Shown in pieces: positions 19,501 through 33,900 of a stretch of 64,000 nucleotides of DNA. The translations under genes and the position numbers were made by a program. Origin of the DNA: Balanoglossus misakiensis. Lineage: Eukaryota; Animalia; Hemichordata. How positions within the stretch are numbered: position 1 is the first letter of the stretch; each line of letters opens with the position of its first letter. The stretch covers positions 11,139,995 to 11,203,994 of the forward strand of contig CM082585.2 of the NCBI GenBank assembly GCA_040954595.2, given 5' to 3'. The notes under the pieces were generated by a model. That model saw only the letters and a list, made by a program, of their open reading frames with translations. It was not told the DNA's origin and ran no database searches.

Positions 19501-19571
19501 TCTCCGTCGCTACTAATATTTTTCTGTATTTTGAATCCAGGAGGAAGAGTTGGTCCGAAATAAGAAGCCAT
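16505..19571 (-). CDS. GPALPP1: GPALPP motifs-containing protein 1
   Basis: Exon 19571-19448 (MASYFGPTLPPG), exon 18118-17463 (repeated GPALPPGY, DVIGPMP), then PQRESWMTELP..RTF..DRSGWTDTPADK, RSETLVDIH and RRPFDREVDLQVNQFDDA...FM* (TGA 16507-16505). Confidence 0.9.
18236..19153 (-). mobile_element. LINE ORF1 / L1-transposase-like ORF (coiled coil + RRM-like), nested in GPALPP1 intron 1
   Basis: Open ~300-codon frame (first ATG 19030): heptad-rich segment, then IRIVGVEENQDED..IVNAYR..KPGDIKVCL..LNGKNIFI..RRKKL..AKFKKGKLYIN, typical of invertebrate non-LTR ORF1-like proteins. No ORF2 seen nearby. Confidence 0.6.
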
Positions 19572-19769
19572 ATTGGGGTCAAACTTCAGGTCAACATATA
19601 ACGAGACATTTCATTGGCCGCCTTCTAATCCACACACTCTTAACCAATAACATCACGCGTTATATTGTGCGTATGTTTATCTGTGTTCACACACCAGCTA
19701 TCCCATTCAAACACCAGTGAAATATACCGATCTGCTATTAGAGACAGTTCTTTCGCTCTCTGGAATAAT
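19572..19769. promoter_or_regulatory. Bidirectional promoter between GPALPP1 and PIN4
   Basis: Head-to-head start codons only ~200 bp apart; opposed CCAAT boxes (attgg ~19613, ccaat ~19644). Confidence 0.6.
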
Positions 19770-20571
19770 ATGCCGAAAAACAAAGGTGGTGGAGGAAAAG
19801 GGAAAGGTGGAGGCGCCAAAGGTGAGAAATTCCGAACAGCAGATTGGCCAGAGGCGTGATATTTTGTGAATAGCCTTTGTTGGTTACAATTTTATGTGTA
19901 TATGCAAAATTACTGCTATTAAACATGGCTTTATGTTTCTTTACAGGGGGTGCCGCTGCCGAAGGGGACGACTCTAAAGGCAAGGGAAAGCAAGCAAAAG
20001 GTGGAACAGCCGTCAAGGTTAATGTGGTTTTGTGTGATCAACAATAGTGACACATGAGCTTTGATCATCCTTCATACAGTTGCAAAAGATACACTTAAAT
20101 TCTTGTTACATATTTATGATGCTTTCGTCATATTTCAGGTCAGGCACATTTTGTGTGAAAAACATTCTAAAGTCATGGAAGCTATGGAAAAGATCAAAGC
20201 GGGTCAGAGGTTTAATGAAGTAGCTGCGCAGTACAGTGAAGACAAGGCAAGACAAGGGGTGAGATGTGTGGATATTAATATTTAATAGTAAATAGCAACA
20301 GAATCCTTGCAGCATAGACCAGTCACTGGTGTTTTATACAATGTGAGAATCAGATTATGCAATTCCGATGCTGGGTCCAGCTATTTAACATTACAATCTT
20401 TTTATTTTCCAGGGTGATCTTGGATGGATGACCAGAGGATCCATGGTCGGCCCATTCCAGGACGCTGCATTTGCTCTGCCCATCAGCACACTAGCAAATC
20501 CAAACTACACAGACCCCCCAGTGAAGACAAAGTTTGGATATCACATAATCATGGTTGAAGGGAGAAAATAA
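19770..20571 (+). CDS. PIN4: Parvulin-14 peptidyl-prolyl isomerase
   Basis: [14 protein letters not shown]...[18 protein letters not shown]...[36 protein letters not shown]...[18 protein letters not shown]; 4 exons. Confidence 0.95.
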
Positions 20572-20969
20572 CATTCAGCAAATAACAACTACGTCTTTAA
20601 TCTAGTCCTTTGATATCTTTATTCTGCATGATGTATTTTATTAAAATTATTATCAAGTAAAAAAAAACAATACATTTTGTAATACCGGTGTGTTGTCTTA
20701 ATGTGTCATTTACATAAATAAACTTGGAGAAGTTATTTCTTACTGCAGTATTTTGAATATTTTGCAATGATAAATATTGGCTCAAAGGACAGCAATCCAC
20801 AATACTTAGTTCACATCTGTTAGTTCACCTTTTGTGTCTTCAAAAGTAAAATTGTAAAAGTCCATGACTGAATGTGTACTAGTAGGTTTTTAGAGCAGTC
20901 TGTCATTTCATGGTTTAATGCAAGTTGCATTTCACCATGGCAACGGTTCAACATCAGATCCAAAAAAGC

Positions 20970-22605
20970 TCACTTTTTGTCTTCGTCATCTTCATGCTTT
21001 CTCTTGATGCCAGTTGTGACTATCTGTGGTTGTGGAGTGGTTGTCACGGCAGCAGTGGTGCTGGGAATAATTCTGACAGTGAATGGTGTTGCAGAAAGCC
21101 CAGCAGGTGCTGTCTTTGGTGTTGGCGTACTCATCACTGATGTAGGCTGTAGCATTGTGTTGGGCGTGGCTGCAATGTACAAGATCCAGAAATGAAACAT
21201 TGCATGCACTAGAAGTCTAGAACTTTCCAGGAATTTAATTCAAATGAGATGTATCACGGTAATATGCAAATGCAGACATACCAGGTGTGCCCCTGACTTG
21301 GGTGCCAATTTGTGTTGCTCCAACAGACAGTGAAGAGGCTGGTTTTGTTACTATGGAGACTCCAGTAGGTGTGGTCACTCTTGAGGCAGACATGGACATT
21401 GGTGCCGATGATTTGGTTAGACTAAGTGTGTGGATGGGTTTGTTCAGCGTTGTTGTACCTATGGCAGAAACAAATGTAAAGTCAAGATTGTAATAATTTA
21501 GAATTTATATCATCTCGTGAAAAGCTCTGAGTGCAACTTGGATGTAGAAAACATGAAATACAGGTTTAGGGTATGTGTGACACTTACCATGTGACAGATT
21601 TATTCTTGGAATGGTCAGAGTTGGCTGGAAGACACAAAATGAATAATTCAAGGATCCTATATAAACGTGTACACACTAAAAATATTTCTGTCATTGGCCA
21701 ATATGTTGATAAACTTTACAAAAAAAACATTTGAGGACACACTGAGAATGCCATTTACCTTTTTGTGAAGATTTTTCAGCTTATAATTGACAGCAGATAA
21801 GCAGTATCTGTCAGGAGGTAGTCTGGGACCATTATGTGGTTTGATTAGTGGCAGGGGTATACTGTTCTTTTGTCTCGCTATTTCCATCAGCAGCTGTAGG
21901 AGGAAAGAGGAACAGGGAGAATATATGTCATGTGCAATCTTTTCACTACAACCAGCTCTGGTATGACAACACTGTTCCATGTCTCTTGCTTCGGCTTAGC
22001 AGGATTGATCACACATCACTTTGCTTAGAAACAAGATTACATGTATAATAATCCACTTACTTCTCTTGGGGGTGGGGTTGTAAAAGAACGGTCCATCTGA
22101 TGCTGAACAGACAACTTGACATCATCTGCATCCACAGACTTTTTACCACTATGCTGAGAATACACTTTAGCGTCATCCAGGATATTGGTAACATATCCTA
22201 GAATTTATAAACATACATTGGACGTGTTAGTGCTATTCAAGATACACCACCGACTTGATATACTGTATTTAATTCCAACTGATTTCATGCAAATACTCGT
22301 GCAGTGACAGGTATACAATCAAACAACGGTCGTTATAGAAGCTCCCAGTCTCAATCTCTTGACTTGACGTTGTACATGTTGTACGAAGGCTCAACAATAA
22401 CAGTGGAGAAGAGAACCACGGTTACTTTACCCTGTCTCTCCCGATTTAAATGTAACTTACTGTATGTGAATTCTAGCATTTGGTTAATGACCCTTGGCTC
22501 ATAGTCAGTAATTCCCATATCTTTCAGTATAGCCGCCATAACTTGAGCATCTCGCGGAGAGCTTTTTGCTGGCTGGCTTGGAGCTGTTGATGTGGGCGCC
22601 GCCAT
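20970..22605 (-). CDS. TAF9: TFIID subunit 9
   Basis: [32 protein letters not shown] / [15 protein letters not shown] / SFTTPPPR / [27 protein letters not shown]; low-complexity tail ending [11 protein letters not shown]. The exact 3' end could involve one more small exon. Confidence 0.93.
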
Positions 22606-22628
22606 TTTGATTGTAGTGCGCCTTCTTG

Positions 22629-22642
22629 CCAGTAGAGGGCGG
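22629..22642 (+). promoter_or_regulatory. CTCF-like motif in TAF9 promoter; YY1-like AAAATGGCG overlaps the TAF9 ATG
   Basis: CCAGTAGAGGGCGG fits the CCASYAGRKGGCRS consensus. Confidence 0.45.
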
Positions 22643-23376
22643 TCTGTTTGTACCTTTCGTTTTTTTCTCTCACATATTCTGAGTCACGACTGCTTCAATT
22701 TTCTCAGTCTGAGATGGCGACAAGCAAGGTTACGAATATACAGGCCCTTAAGGCATCGACTTTACTGTCGAAGCTTCAAAAGAAGAGGCGAATCCCCTAA
22801 AAAGCCTACGTATATTCTTTTTATGCCTAGGTCGGCCTACATCTTCGTTTCGTAGAAAACTAATCATATAATGAAAGTTTTCGTTTCCTCAGTTCCGAGT
22901 CACGATTTCCAGCTCTGAGATAACCCACAATAAAACCCCTTCGAGAAATTGTAAAGGGGTTTAGTCCATAAATGCAAACACCCGATAATATTATGACAAC
23001 GCTTAGACAATTCTTACTAGGTTTATTTCATATGTTCAAAACCTTAATTACACCAATGTTGCTTGCGATAGCTATAAATCATGAACATTTTGTAAGACCA
23101 TAATTTTCAGATTTTTCAATGTTTCACTGATTGTAGTTTTTTGTATCTCGATATCTTGATATTAAACAGACATTTGCATATATAAGTTTGCCTCGTTCGG
23201 ATTGATTACAATTCGTTAGTGCGTGCTTTCATAATATCTTGCGATAAACCACTGCCTCGCTTGTAGGATGCTAGTCGGCTATGAGCTTTCATTTGCGATA
23301 TAAAACAACATGAAGAAGAGTACATATGAGAATAGATGAGTCCACGTCTTAAATAGCCAGTCTGCGGACATCGTAA

Positions 23377-23422
23377 GTCAGTCACCAGTCAGTCAGTCAG
23401 TCAGTCAGTCAATGAGTCAGTC
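23377..23422. repeat. (CAGT)n microsatellite
   Basis: gtcagtcaccagtcagtcagtcagtcagtcagtcaatgagtcagtca. Confidence 0.8.
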
Positions 23423-26400
23423 ATTCTGGTATTGTACGAACTAGCTGCAAATATTCTTCGCTCTACACGCTACACAGGAACACGCCAAGATCTGCCTATA
23501 CTTCACAACTACATCAGGCTTGTTCAAAGACCGTGATTTCACCCACTTCTGAAAGAAAAATGTCAAGTTTCACGATTTCTGAAAACGTCAATATAAATTA
23601 TGGATATTCTGTCAATAACGGTAATTTATTGTGCTGGAAGGGAATTTACCTGAATATGTCAGTCAATCAATATATCGATCGGATCATTCCAAGAATCATA
23701 CTTCAAAAACCTTTATCCTCGTAATGTCAAGCAAACATTTTTAAACGCCCATCAATATGTGTTTATTATGAACACGACAAAGTAAAGTGCGACACGGAAT
23801 CTGATTGACATGCATCTATCTCAGTCTACAAAATACCTGCTGAATTCGCCAGTTCGATATGTGGCAACAGCAGTCGTCATCCAAAGACGTTCCGATAAAC
23901 TGCAAGTTCTCTTCGTACACGGAATATGTTGAAGCAATCCAGTGGCTACTGTTCTGGCTGCAGGCGAACGTTAACAGATTCACGCGGCTGTACCCAGGTC
24001 CCATGTTAACAGTTTCCCAGTGGGGGTGACGTTGACAGAGGGAACAACAGGTGGACATTAACACGCTTATCAGCGCCACTCGGCATAGGAAATGGATTGG
24101 CACTCTGCAATCTGACTTCTGAAATATACAATTCATGGAAGTCAGTGATCCAGACGCCCTGGGTCTAAGGAGTTAAATACACGACATAAGTAATAGCGAC
24201 CCATTTTTATCAACCATGAGTGTCGCACCAAACTTCGATTGTGGGCTTCCACTATTAATCTACCGATGATATACCATAAAACGCATTCAGTGCTTATTCA
24301 TTTATCGCGTATTTCATGGGGAATGCCCGCTGCATGAGCAAAAGCCCTGCATGCACAAAGTTATTACCGTAAATGTCATCTTTTCACTGGACTCTGACAG
24401 AAAAGGGACTTTTCCCGGAAGGACGTGATCCACCTGTTGGCAATTCCAAGGATTTCTTGGAAATTGTAGATGTTTTTCTCCATGCTTCTTAGAAAATATC
24501 GTTAACTTTTCAGTCGCAACTTCTACGGATAAACCTATGAGTGTTTAACACTTACCAACGCACCAACCCACCCAAAATCAAACGACCGTAGTAAACAGTT
24601 TGCTAAATTTGAGTATTGTGATACAACTTTATCAAAATCTACACATATGTGTAACGTAAAATTGAAGTGAATGTATCGCAAAGGTAATGTGAAAGACTGA
24701 TCCATGCATCCACTACACGACTCGATCACCCTCGACCACTGCAGCCATATATTGTTTTAGGAAATGTTTATGTAAAAAGGACACTGGAGGCTTTCGCGAA
24801 AAGGCATTTGGAATGGTAGTTAAAGGGTTTATATACTTAATTGACTGGTAAAAAATGAGGATATGCCAGGACCAAAACTGGACGGAGTGACGGTGAAATT
24901 GGACAATATATTGGAAAGAAAAGAACGATAAAGCGGTATGCGTTTCTCCTCGTTACATTTGCGCATAACATTTGGAAATTTTTATAACTAGGATCGGAAA
25001 GCGACAGAAAACAGATGCTCTTTTGTCGAAACTTACCTTCATCTTATAGGCCTCTGCGATGATGTTTCTGCAAAATAACGATATTTGATGAACACAACAA
25101 CTGACGACGTTGAATCGAAGAACTCAAAAGTATGACCTGTTCAAGCTGTGCGTTTGCAGTTTTGTACTTTTCTAGACATGCGCATAATTTCTAGAAGTTA
25201 CAAATGGGTGTGGCTGATGCACGTATGATGCGCAAGGTGTCACTTAGCATGTCATATCATGTATGACAGTCGGATACTGCAGCTGTATCTGAAAGGCCAA
25301 CACTGCCCTAATGTGGAATCGAAATGCCAAAGAGTGTTTGAGAAGTTTGTGTGTAGACTGCTAAGCCCATGGCCTACCTGTGATATTATCAAAAACGAGA
25401 AGAGAAATACGAAAAATGATTGTAGTCGTCTGTAGCAATATTATACACATCACAAGTTTTATCACATAAGGCATTAGCTAACTGACTGCTGAGGGCGCTG
25501 CAACACGCGCCATGTTGGATTTCCCAGAAAGATTTGTTTATTTCCTCCTTAGTTGCCACAGCAGACAAACAGTATATACCATAATAGGAGACGGCCATAC
25601 GTACACAAAGAATGTCATCAGACATGTACAAAAAGTCTTGCGAAATGACGAATACCTTTTAATTTTATTCAATGATGAAATATATTTTCTACTGATATCT
25701 CAATAAATGAAGTATATTATGCAGGTATCTCAGAAACAAATGACATTTTTTACGTGTTAGTTTTCACGTGCGGCAGTCATGTTGCGCATTTAAGTGGCTC
25801 TATGATACGTAAATATTTGCGTGTGAAACCATAAACGACGAAGAAGGTCTTGGCTATAGGGCGGCCAGTTTGACCTTCAGGCAACCCTGTGTCACGTGAT
25901 CTTTACATACTAGTAGGCCTACACAGCACAATAAGGTTTCAACATTCGGAGAGTTAAAGTCGCTTAATGGAGGTTATGTTTCATTGACGCAGCTCTATGT
26001 CTAACCCCCACCCCTCACTTTTTCTATTTAACGATACATTTTGATTAAAATGAGTACAGCAGCGCGACTAAACAATGCGCTTCGCTAAAGTAAGCAATTA
26101 CGTAGGCATGTCCATAACGAGTGACATTTACATTTAATACTGAAATTGACGGGCAATCTAAGGATGTTAGCAAATTGCGTTTACATATGATTCGCTTACA
26201 GAGATTAATTGTGGTTTTCTTGCGAAATCTACGCATAATTGCACCTTTTTGATCGGCCATTGTACAACATTACACCGCCCACACGGTTTTGATGTTTGTG
26301 AGATCAACCTTTCCCAGATAAAGTAAACTGAAGTACGTTTACATGTATTACAAAAACCTGACACAAGAGAATTTATTTTCGAGCCCATATTGTATGCATG

Positions 26401-29150
26401 TTATCATTTGACGTCATTAACTCATCCGGTGACGTCACAGAACGTAAAACACGTCAAAATCGATGACAGTACTTAACTTCTCGCCAAGCCTTAAATATCT
26501 GTATTATACTTTGCTCAAAGATTTGGTCAAATCAATATTAAAACAAGGGTTTGATTTCTGTTGAAGCGTGTAACGAACATGGTTAATTAAGTGCGTTATA
26601 AAGGTAGACTGTATTTTGGGACAGTTTTTTCAGGAAGATGAAAGTTCTTCGAAAATGTCAACACTTTGTGAAAAAAATCATAGCACAACTGGCCGGATGC
26701 CATAGCTCCATTGCACGTCTTGTGCCAAGTTTAAACGAAATCAGTTCAGGAATGCCTGAACAGAGTCCCCAGCAGCTATACTGGATCATATTGCCACGAA
26801 ATTGACGTTCGCAAATATGTCATAATACAATGCCCATGTGCAAAGTTGACTGAAATTAGTTCAAGTATGCCTAAGTTACACAGCAAGACAGGCAATTCAT
26901 GTTCAGCATCGATATGACATCATCTCCCCTGTGTGCGAACACAGGAGCTAAAATTGAAACACATCGCACACCCCATACACCAGTCAGGTTCATCTAACCT
27001 TGCAGATCCGCTCAAAAAACGTACTTCGAATGAAGTTGCTGTAATCTTCTCGGCAGACGCGAGTGGGCGTCGATGTCGACGGAGAGAGAAAATTACTTTT
27101 CCCCATAGCTATGGTAACACGGTCACGTCTCCTGCAGGCCGAGACGGGCGGCTGCGTTCATTCGTCACAGCGCGGGCCAAGTTAAACAAACAACCAGAGA
27201 TCTCGGTTTTCTATATGTCTTGAGTGTTCAATTCAAACGGCAATTGAAGCACAGCACTCATAAATGGAACGCGTAGAAACGGACCCATTTGCCCCGCTCT
27301 TCTGTGACGAGAGTTGTACTTACATGGGCAAGGAGAAAGCTGAAAAACAAAGACACGAGGCATTCAACTCATCTCGTGAGGGATAGTACACCTGTAGCTG
27401 AAGGTAGGTTAATCTTCTCCATACTCTATACGAACGATACATCTTTGCTGTAAACACTTACTGGTATACGTCGTCCGGAAGCGATAGTCACATATTAAAG
27501 GAAATGTTCACACCCGTAAGAAAGGCTTGTAAGAACCATTCCTTTAAGATCAAAGAATAATCGACTTTTCCCCTTTCATTACTGAAAATTGTTTTTTGGA
27601 CTCCTCTGCTTTTGTAAGACACCGTTGCCATGGGGTTTCTGTAACTGTCCCCATGTGCTACTCTCAGATTAACGCGCGAGACAATTTCTTACATGGAAAA
27701 TGATTTTTGCACCGGAGGAAAACTACGCACACTGCAAAATGTCAAACGAGTTGCAACATGAAGCGGGCGGTCAGGGAGAGTGCAGCGCAGCTGGTGTCAT
27801 ACAACGCGTGTGATTTTAGAACTTCTTATGTCCCTGTGGAAGAAACATGTAAGGCTTTAATGCTTCCGATAATCGCAGCCAGTTTTAAGATATAGTAAAC
27901 AACATCGGTATGCAATTCGAACAGGTTTTAGATTTCGGTCAGCAAGCATATCGCATGTAATTACATCTGAGTACAAGATGAACACGTCTTACGATAAAAT
28001 ATAACGTTCTCTTGCGTTATCGATCAATTATAGTTATGATGAAAACTTTGTAAGCAAGCAGAGAAAGTAATTATTTTTTTTAGTCATAATACATGATTAT
28101 GTACTAGGAAACTGAAACATAGGCCTACTTCGCAATGTATTAGAAGTGGCACACTGCTTAAATGTTGCTAAAATATCTGCCTGAAGCAAGTGGATAAATA
28201 TATTTAAAACAAACGTGAAAAGCGATATTAAAGAGGGTCTGTTCACTGGAACATACATGCAGGTGTTTACAATACAAGCGCACTTTTTGCTATTGTGGAA
28301 GCTGTATTCACATACCATACGCGAAACAGGGATCATAATTATTAGCTTAAAAAGTCACGATTCGCAAGAAAAAAACAGACAACAAGACAGATATGCGAAA
28401 AGGTGAAAGTTCAAACCATTGAGAATTTAACAAATAGCGGGGGACGGGGCGAGGGGAAAACGATTTCCGACGTCGGATGTCTAAGATTGACGTCAGAAGA
28501 TCAGCAGTAGATGCAAAACAGACAACGAACGCGGGAAGTGGCGTGTAGTGTAGGTAATTTCTGGCATCCTTGGGCGGTAAGAATGACAGCTGGAAAGTAT
28601 ATGTCAAATAACCCTTACTAGAATGCCCATGCCAGGCTGTATACAGTTGATACTAATTCAAAGTCTCACGCGAACACAGAGATGACCTTTGACCCCTTTG
28701 CGCAGCTCCCAGTCACGTTCAAATGCATCAAGCATGCTGTTGCTGAATGATAGAAAACTAACAAGTTCTGAATGTTTCCTAATTCAAACGCGGCAGTCAT
28801 GACTAGCACGTCGAGAAATGTCTAATTTCCCAAATTCCTTGGGGTCGCCATCTTTCCCGCATCTTTCAGATCTAGAATGACCTCCAAGTACAAGTCAATG
28901 CACTGTGCGAACAAATGATTTTTGGGTAGGCTCAGAACACCCGGGGGAATTAATATTTTGGTGGGATATTATAAGTAATGTAACAAAGCATGAACGCTGG
29001 GCTTTGGGCCAATTTTCTGGCCTTTTGTGACCGACTGACTTGTATCGTGTGTCGCTGACGTCTAACTCCCAAAGACCAGCTGCGAAAATTGTTGAGATTT
29101 CATTCCTTCAAATCTACAAACTACTTTAATTTTTTTTTACTTCAGGCAAT

Positions 29151-29729
29151 ATGACACGATGCACGACAAAACACACAGAAAATGTATATTATGTGATTAT
29201 CCTCTTCCTCTGCATACTGCCAATGGAATATGTTGCCATGGAGACACAGCTCGATACACCATGTATGCGATATTATTATACTGAAAGTATTACGCACCCT
29301 AAAAAGAGATGCAACTCAAAGGTATGTATATTTGTATTACAACGTATTTATGTATGTATGTTTAGTCTCCTGATGAGTGAGTCCAGTGACTCACGAAACA
29401 ACGTTGTACAGATTATATGTAAATATGTAAATGTGTGTGTGTACTCACTATTATATCTGAGCCAATATAATCTAAGCCATTCATGTAATATTTTCATCTA
29501 GGTTGTACTCATGTCTCGATGCAGTGGTCAATGTGAAGACACATCTGCCACCGATCCCGTCATCTCTTTCAAAACTGTTCTACGTCACCCGTTCAAATAC
29601 AAGTGCACGAGCTGCCAAGACCAGACATCGAACATGAAAGCAGTGCGCCTGCGCTGCAGAAATAACCAATTTGCATACGCTTCATATCGCTACATTCTCT
29701 CCTGTGGATGTGCAGCTTGCAAACCATGA
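29151..29729 (+). CDS. NDP: Norrin-like secreted cystine-knot protein (2 coding exons: 29151-29321, 29502-29729)
   Basis: Hydrophobic leader, then PCMRYYYTESITHPKKRCNSK|VVLMSRCSGQCEDTSATDPVISFKTVLRHPFKYKCTSCQDQTSNMKAVRLRCRNNQFAYASYRYILSCGCAACKP. This is colinear with human Norrin as recalled (CMRHHYVDSISHP..CSSK|MVLLARCEGHC...VSFSTVLKQPF...LRLRC...YRYILSCHCEEC). Confidence 0.9.
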
Positions 29730-30904
29730 CGTCATTTCCTGGAGTAACAGTATGCCCGGCAGCAATCCGGGTATTTTTTCGTAAAGGTCATGATAATGCT
29801 TATTGTGCTACCCCGGCTCCAGGATATATCTCACAGACAAAAAAATACGACATATAAAACCGTGCGTTAATGAGTATCAGAGTTTCTCTATAATGACAAA
29901 ACTGATGGTGACTGAACTGAGTTACACGGTATACTGAGTATACTGTTAATATACAAAACAACAGGCTGCTTATGACGTCATCGATGGCCAATTGCCCTGT
30001 GACATTGCCTCAAGTTTAGAAAGTTGCGTTTTAATTATGCTATAGTGATAGCATAAGCCATCATAGGGAATTCCATTATGATGGTATGGCGGTTTTTAAT
30101 ATTGAACGAGAAGGTAGCAGATGTCGACAAAAGGATTTAATACAATAAATTATAATAATTGTATTACTAATTAAGGGGGAAATGACGCCATCAAAAAGTG
30201 AAATTGTCAAATGAAGCAGCCATCTGATATCACCGTGAGGGCAACTTTTCGCCACTTCAGATTTTGAGATTTCACAGCAAACTAGTTCTCTGGGTTTGAA
30301 CAAATGTCATTGCATGTTGTTCTTAATAAAATCCTACTATTAGCCTAATCATCGTATAATTAATATGTGTGCCCATGCTTTCTGTTTGTGTATACACAAT
30401 ACCAGATAAACATGCGTAAATGAGTTGGTTAACTCTCGGCAAATATGGGATGCGAACATCTATAATTGTTTGAAACTTGAATGTTTTTGAATCGTTGTCA
30501 AAACGCTGGGCAAATCATTTTGCGCAAAAGCAAGAACGCTGAACTTGAACAGACAACGCCGCCAACGGTGATTGTGAAAGGCATGATAGTATCACGCTTC
30601 TGGAACGCATTGCCACGACTACCAGGTCAGACAGGACACTGGTTCATTAAAGACCATTGTCTTAACTCCATGATATCCTGCGAGATCTTGCGTGGCTTGG
30701 CAGTTATTATGAGAGCTCAGGATATAAACTGCACAACTTGACAAACCAGACATGGCCCATCTTGTAAAACGGCACAAAAGTTACATCTTCTGTTAAACTT
30801 CGCACCTATTCTAGTTTCATACAAATCTTGACTTGTATAACTTGGGTGCAACACGTTGTTTCACGAGATCTCGCAATGAGCGGGAAATCACGTATTCACC
30901 CGTT

Positions 30905-33900
30905 CTAGATCGTGTTTCTGCCGTCAATACCCGAAACCATGAATGCCCCAAAATAGGTCTGTTGTGGGGCAGAGGCAAACTCTTCTCCTCCTGTGTTGGC
31001 CTCAACATATAATCTGTCGTCTTTCTGAAGAAAGAAAACTCCGCCATGATATGCCGAATCAGACGGCCGTAGGCCAGTCTCATGACTGCGTTGTCTGTTA
31101 CAGATAAGAGAGAAAAAAACGGCTTGTATTACTATTGAAAAACATGCTCGTCCTTTCTGGTTAATGCTATGTCGTCAACAAAATGATAATAATACGCGTG
31201 AGCAACAATGTCTTGTACAGGTCAGTTACACAAGTACAAGTACTTGAGCCTCATGGGCCAAAAATTGTGGTTCCAATACCTTCCCCTTTCTTTGACAAAG
31301 CAATCCTTTCTACGCGTCACGGAGAGAAGCCCGGTTTCGTAACAGACTCACCCATCTGGACTGACTTCCGTGGAACCACTTCTCATCAGCTTCACAGTCG
31401 CGTTTCCTCTTTTCATTAAAGTCGTGTGACCGATGTTTGGTGACCTTCCGTCGCTGTACATAATCTGGCAGTAAACGTAATAATATCCAGATACTTGGAT
31501 AGATATGTGATCGTTGCCACTTTCCATCCCACGCTTGTGAGCTAGAGCAACGCCGGATTCTTGACAGTGGTAATGCCAACGGAAGTACTTCCCTGTTGGA
31601 CAATGTGACATTGACGTACATCAGTACAAAATAACGCACAACCTTCCTAATGTGAGTTGTGCAACCTATAGCCCTTTCACTACATGAATCTGCCACAAAG
31701 AATGTTCATGAAGGATCATAGAATACAGTTCATTTGTACGACATATCTGGATATCTTATAATCACAAATGAAATTCAATTTGTGCCAGAGGCAATATACT
31801 AACCCTCTCCCATTTGAAGTCGACCGTTCAGACCTGTCAGATGAACAGAGGGTGAATCTACTCCAATCTGGGGACGACCTGAAAACATGACAATAATTCC
31901 AGCAAGTAAGAAGCGACGTGAGATATTTTCCTCATGTGGAACATCAAATTTCATGAGTTGATCTACGAGAAATTAATTTAAAAGTTACAAAAGGCACGTA
32001 CCACGTCCCTCTAAATCCGTCATGCATTGGTCGATTATGTCATTCACGTTGCAAGTACAACTTCCCGGTGGACCTTCGTTTAGATTTAGAAAGGATCAAT
32101 GTTAGAAATTAAGAACAACCACAGCGAATAGTTACATCAGGATTTGATGGTGCAATGCTCCAAACAGATAGGCAGGGGGCAGGTATTCTATGACTATGAA
32201 ACGTGAATTAGTTCTTTAGTCCAGCAAGCTATGAGTAAAGTAAATGCAGAAGTTAATTGTTACCATCACCGCAAACAAATCATTCAGTTGTGAACTTTGT
32301 GAATTATGAATGGGACAAAACTTCTGGTCACAGAGGAAGAAGAGCATAGACGCAAAAAGACCAGAACATCACATGACCCAGGTAAGTTGGTGAAGAAAAA
32401 TCCACATGGCCCACGTATGTTGGCGTTGCAAATACAACTAGCCCACGTATGTAACATCTTTAAGCAATATTTACCTCTTGGCCCTGGTACCGGTAAATAT
32501 TTGTACTTCCCTGTCACAAAACAGAAAACATAATGATCCAAATACTGAAGAGAAATCTTGGATTTTTGTTGAAGATAGATCAATTTAAATAGTATGATTT
32601 CCCTTTTAGCGACAATACTTTATTGCGTGAAAGTTTCTCATATCACGCACCAGTAATATAATGTATGCAAAAGAAGTAGCAGTCAATGCGAATACCACTC
32701 TCCACTCCACGGTTTTGAAGTACGCCACCCAGAGGCAAAAGTGGATTTCAAGTGACGAACAAATCTTGCCAGCAATGCGATACAGCGTTCAGATTTTGCT
32801 TAGTGTGTCAAAGCGACTCGAGTGCCTAATATTTTCACTTTGCCCAAAGGTGCGGTTAGAGCTCGTGGGGGGGGGGGGGGGTTAAGGTGGTGACGGTTCA
32901 CAGAAACTGCTGTTCTGGCTGTTCAACCAATCGCATTACCTTTCTTCTGTTTCTTTCTCCGTGTTGCTTCAACTACAGGAGGATTGCCAATTCTACTTCT
33001 TCCTATACGTTGAGACAGAAGGGGAACAAAAAATACATCCGCGATTATTTCCAGGAATATATGAATAGCATATTAAGCGAAGAATACCGCAAAGTCGCCA
33101 AACCCAGAGAAATAAAAGTACTGAAAATTGCCAAGATGAAAGAAGAAAAACAATCATTCAATTTTGATTGACGGATTGTTTTGTCTTACCTGTGTGACTT
33201 CCACGCTTGTGGCGGACTTCTGTGACATCTCGTAATTCATTGTCAACTAACAACTCAGTGTCAGCCTGTAAGAAAGGGTTGGACTTACTGTACAACCATG
33301 TGTGTATGTATTTGCAAAGGGATTAATCGGTTGTATAATTATGTGCATGTAATGCTGGGTATTCAAGTCGCATAAGTAGTTTCCATGTGGCACCTGTCAA
33401 TTAATTTCAATGTGCCATATTTTTGCAGGTGCAGACGTACCACCGAGTTATGACACCCCTGTCAGTGTGAGGAACTAAGAACGAAAATGTTCCGGTCTTG
33501 GTGCGTCCAAATTTGTCAACACCATGAAGCATTGAGCTTTGTTAAATATTGACTGTGGTGTGACAGTTCCTTTAAAACATTGGCACTCTGCTCAGGTGAA
33601 GGTCGACGGTTCTGTATATTAAAAACACGACACATCCGACGATAGCTATTGAAGATCATCCTGAATTTCGACACTTCCTCAAAGACGGAAGATTCCCTTT
33701 TCCTTTGGACAACCAGTATTGTTTTGTTAATGGTCCGTTTTTATGCCTTCAGTATCGAAACCAAAATTGCGTTCTTGTCAATAAGGAAGGGGATCGCGCC
33801 ATGATGGATTTTTAAATACTAGGGAAGTATCAGAAGTGGTGCAAATTGTAGGATTTAGCTAAAATACTTGTGTTGGCATGGCAATGGTGATGGTTTGAGA

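Noticed and set aside
20970-22900. Shared TAF9/AK6 locus as in vertebrates
   Set aside because: No adenylate kinase 6 exons recognisable.
22900-29100. Hidden coding gene upstream of Norrin
   Set aside because: Only short unrelated ORFs; more likely regulatory DNA, repeats and a non-coding Norrin first exon (possible donor ~27404, acceptor 29145), which I cannot confirm.
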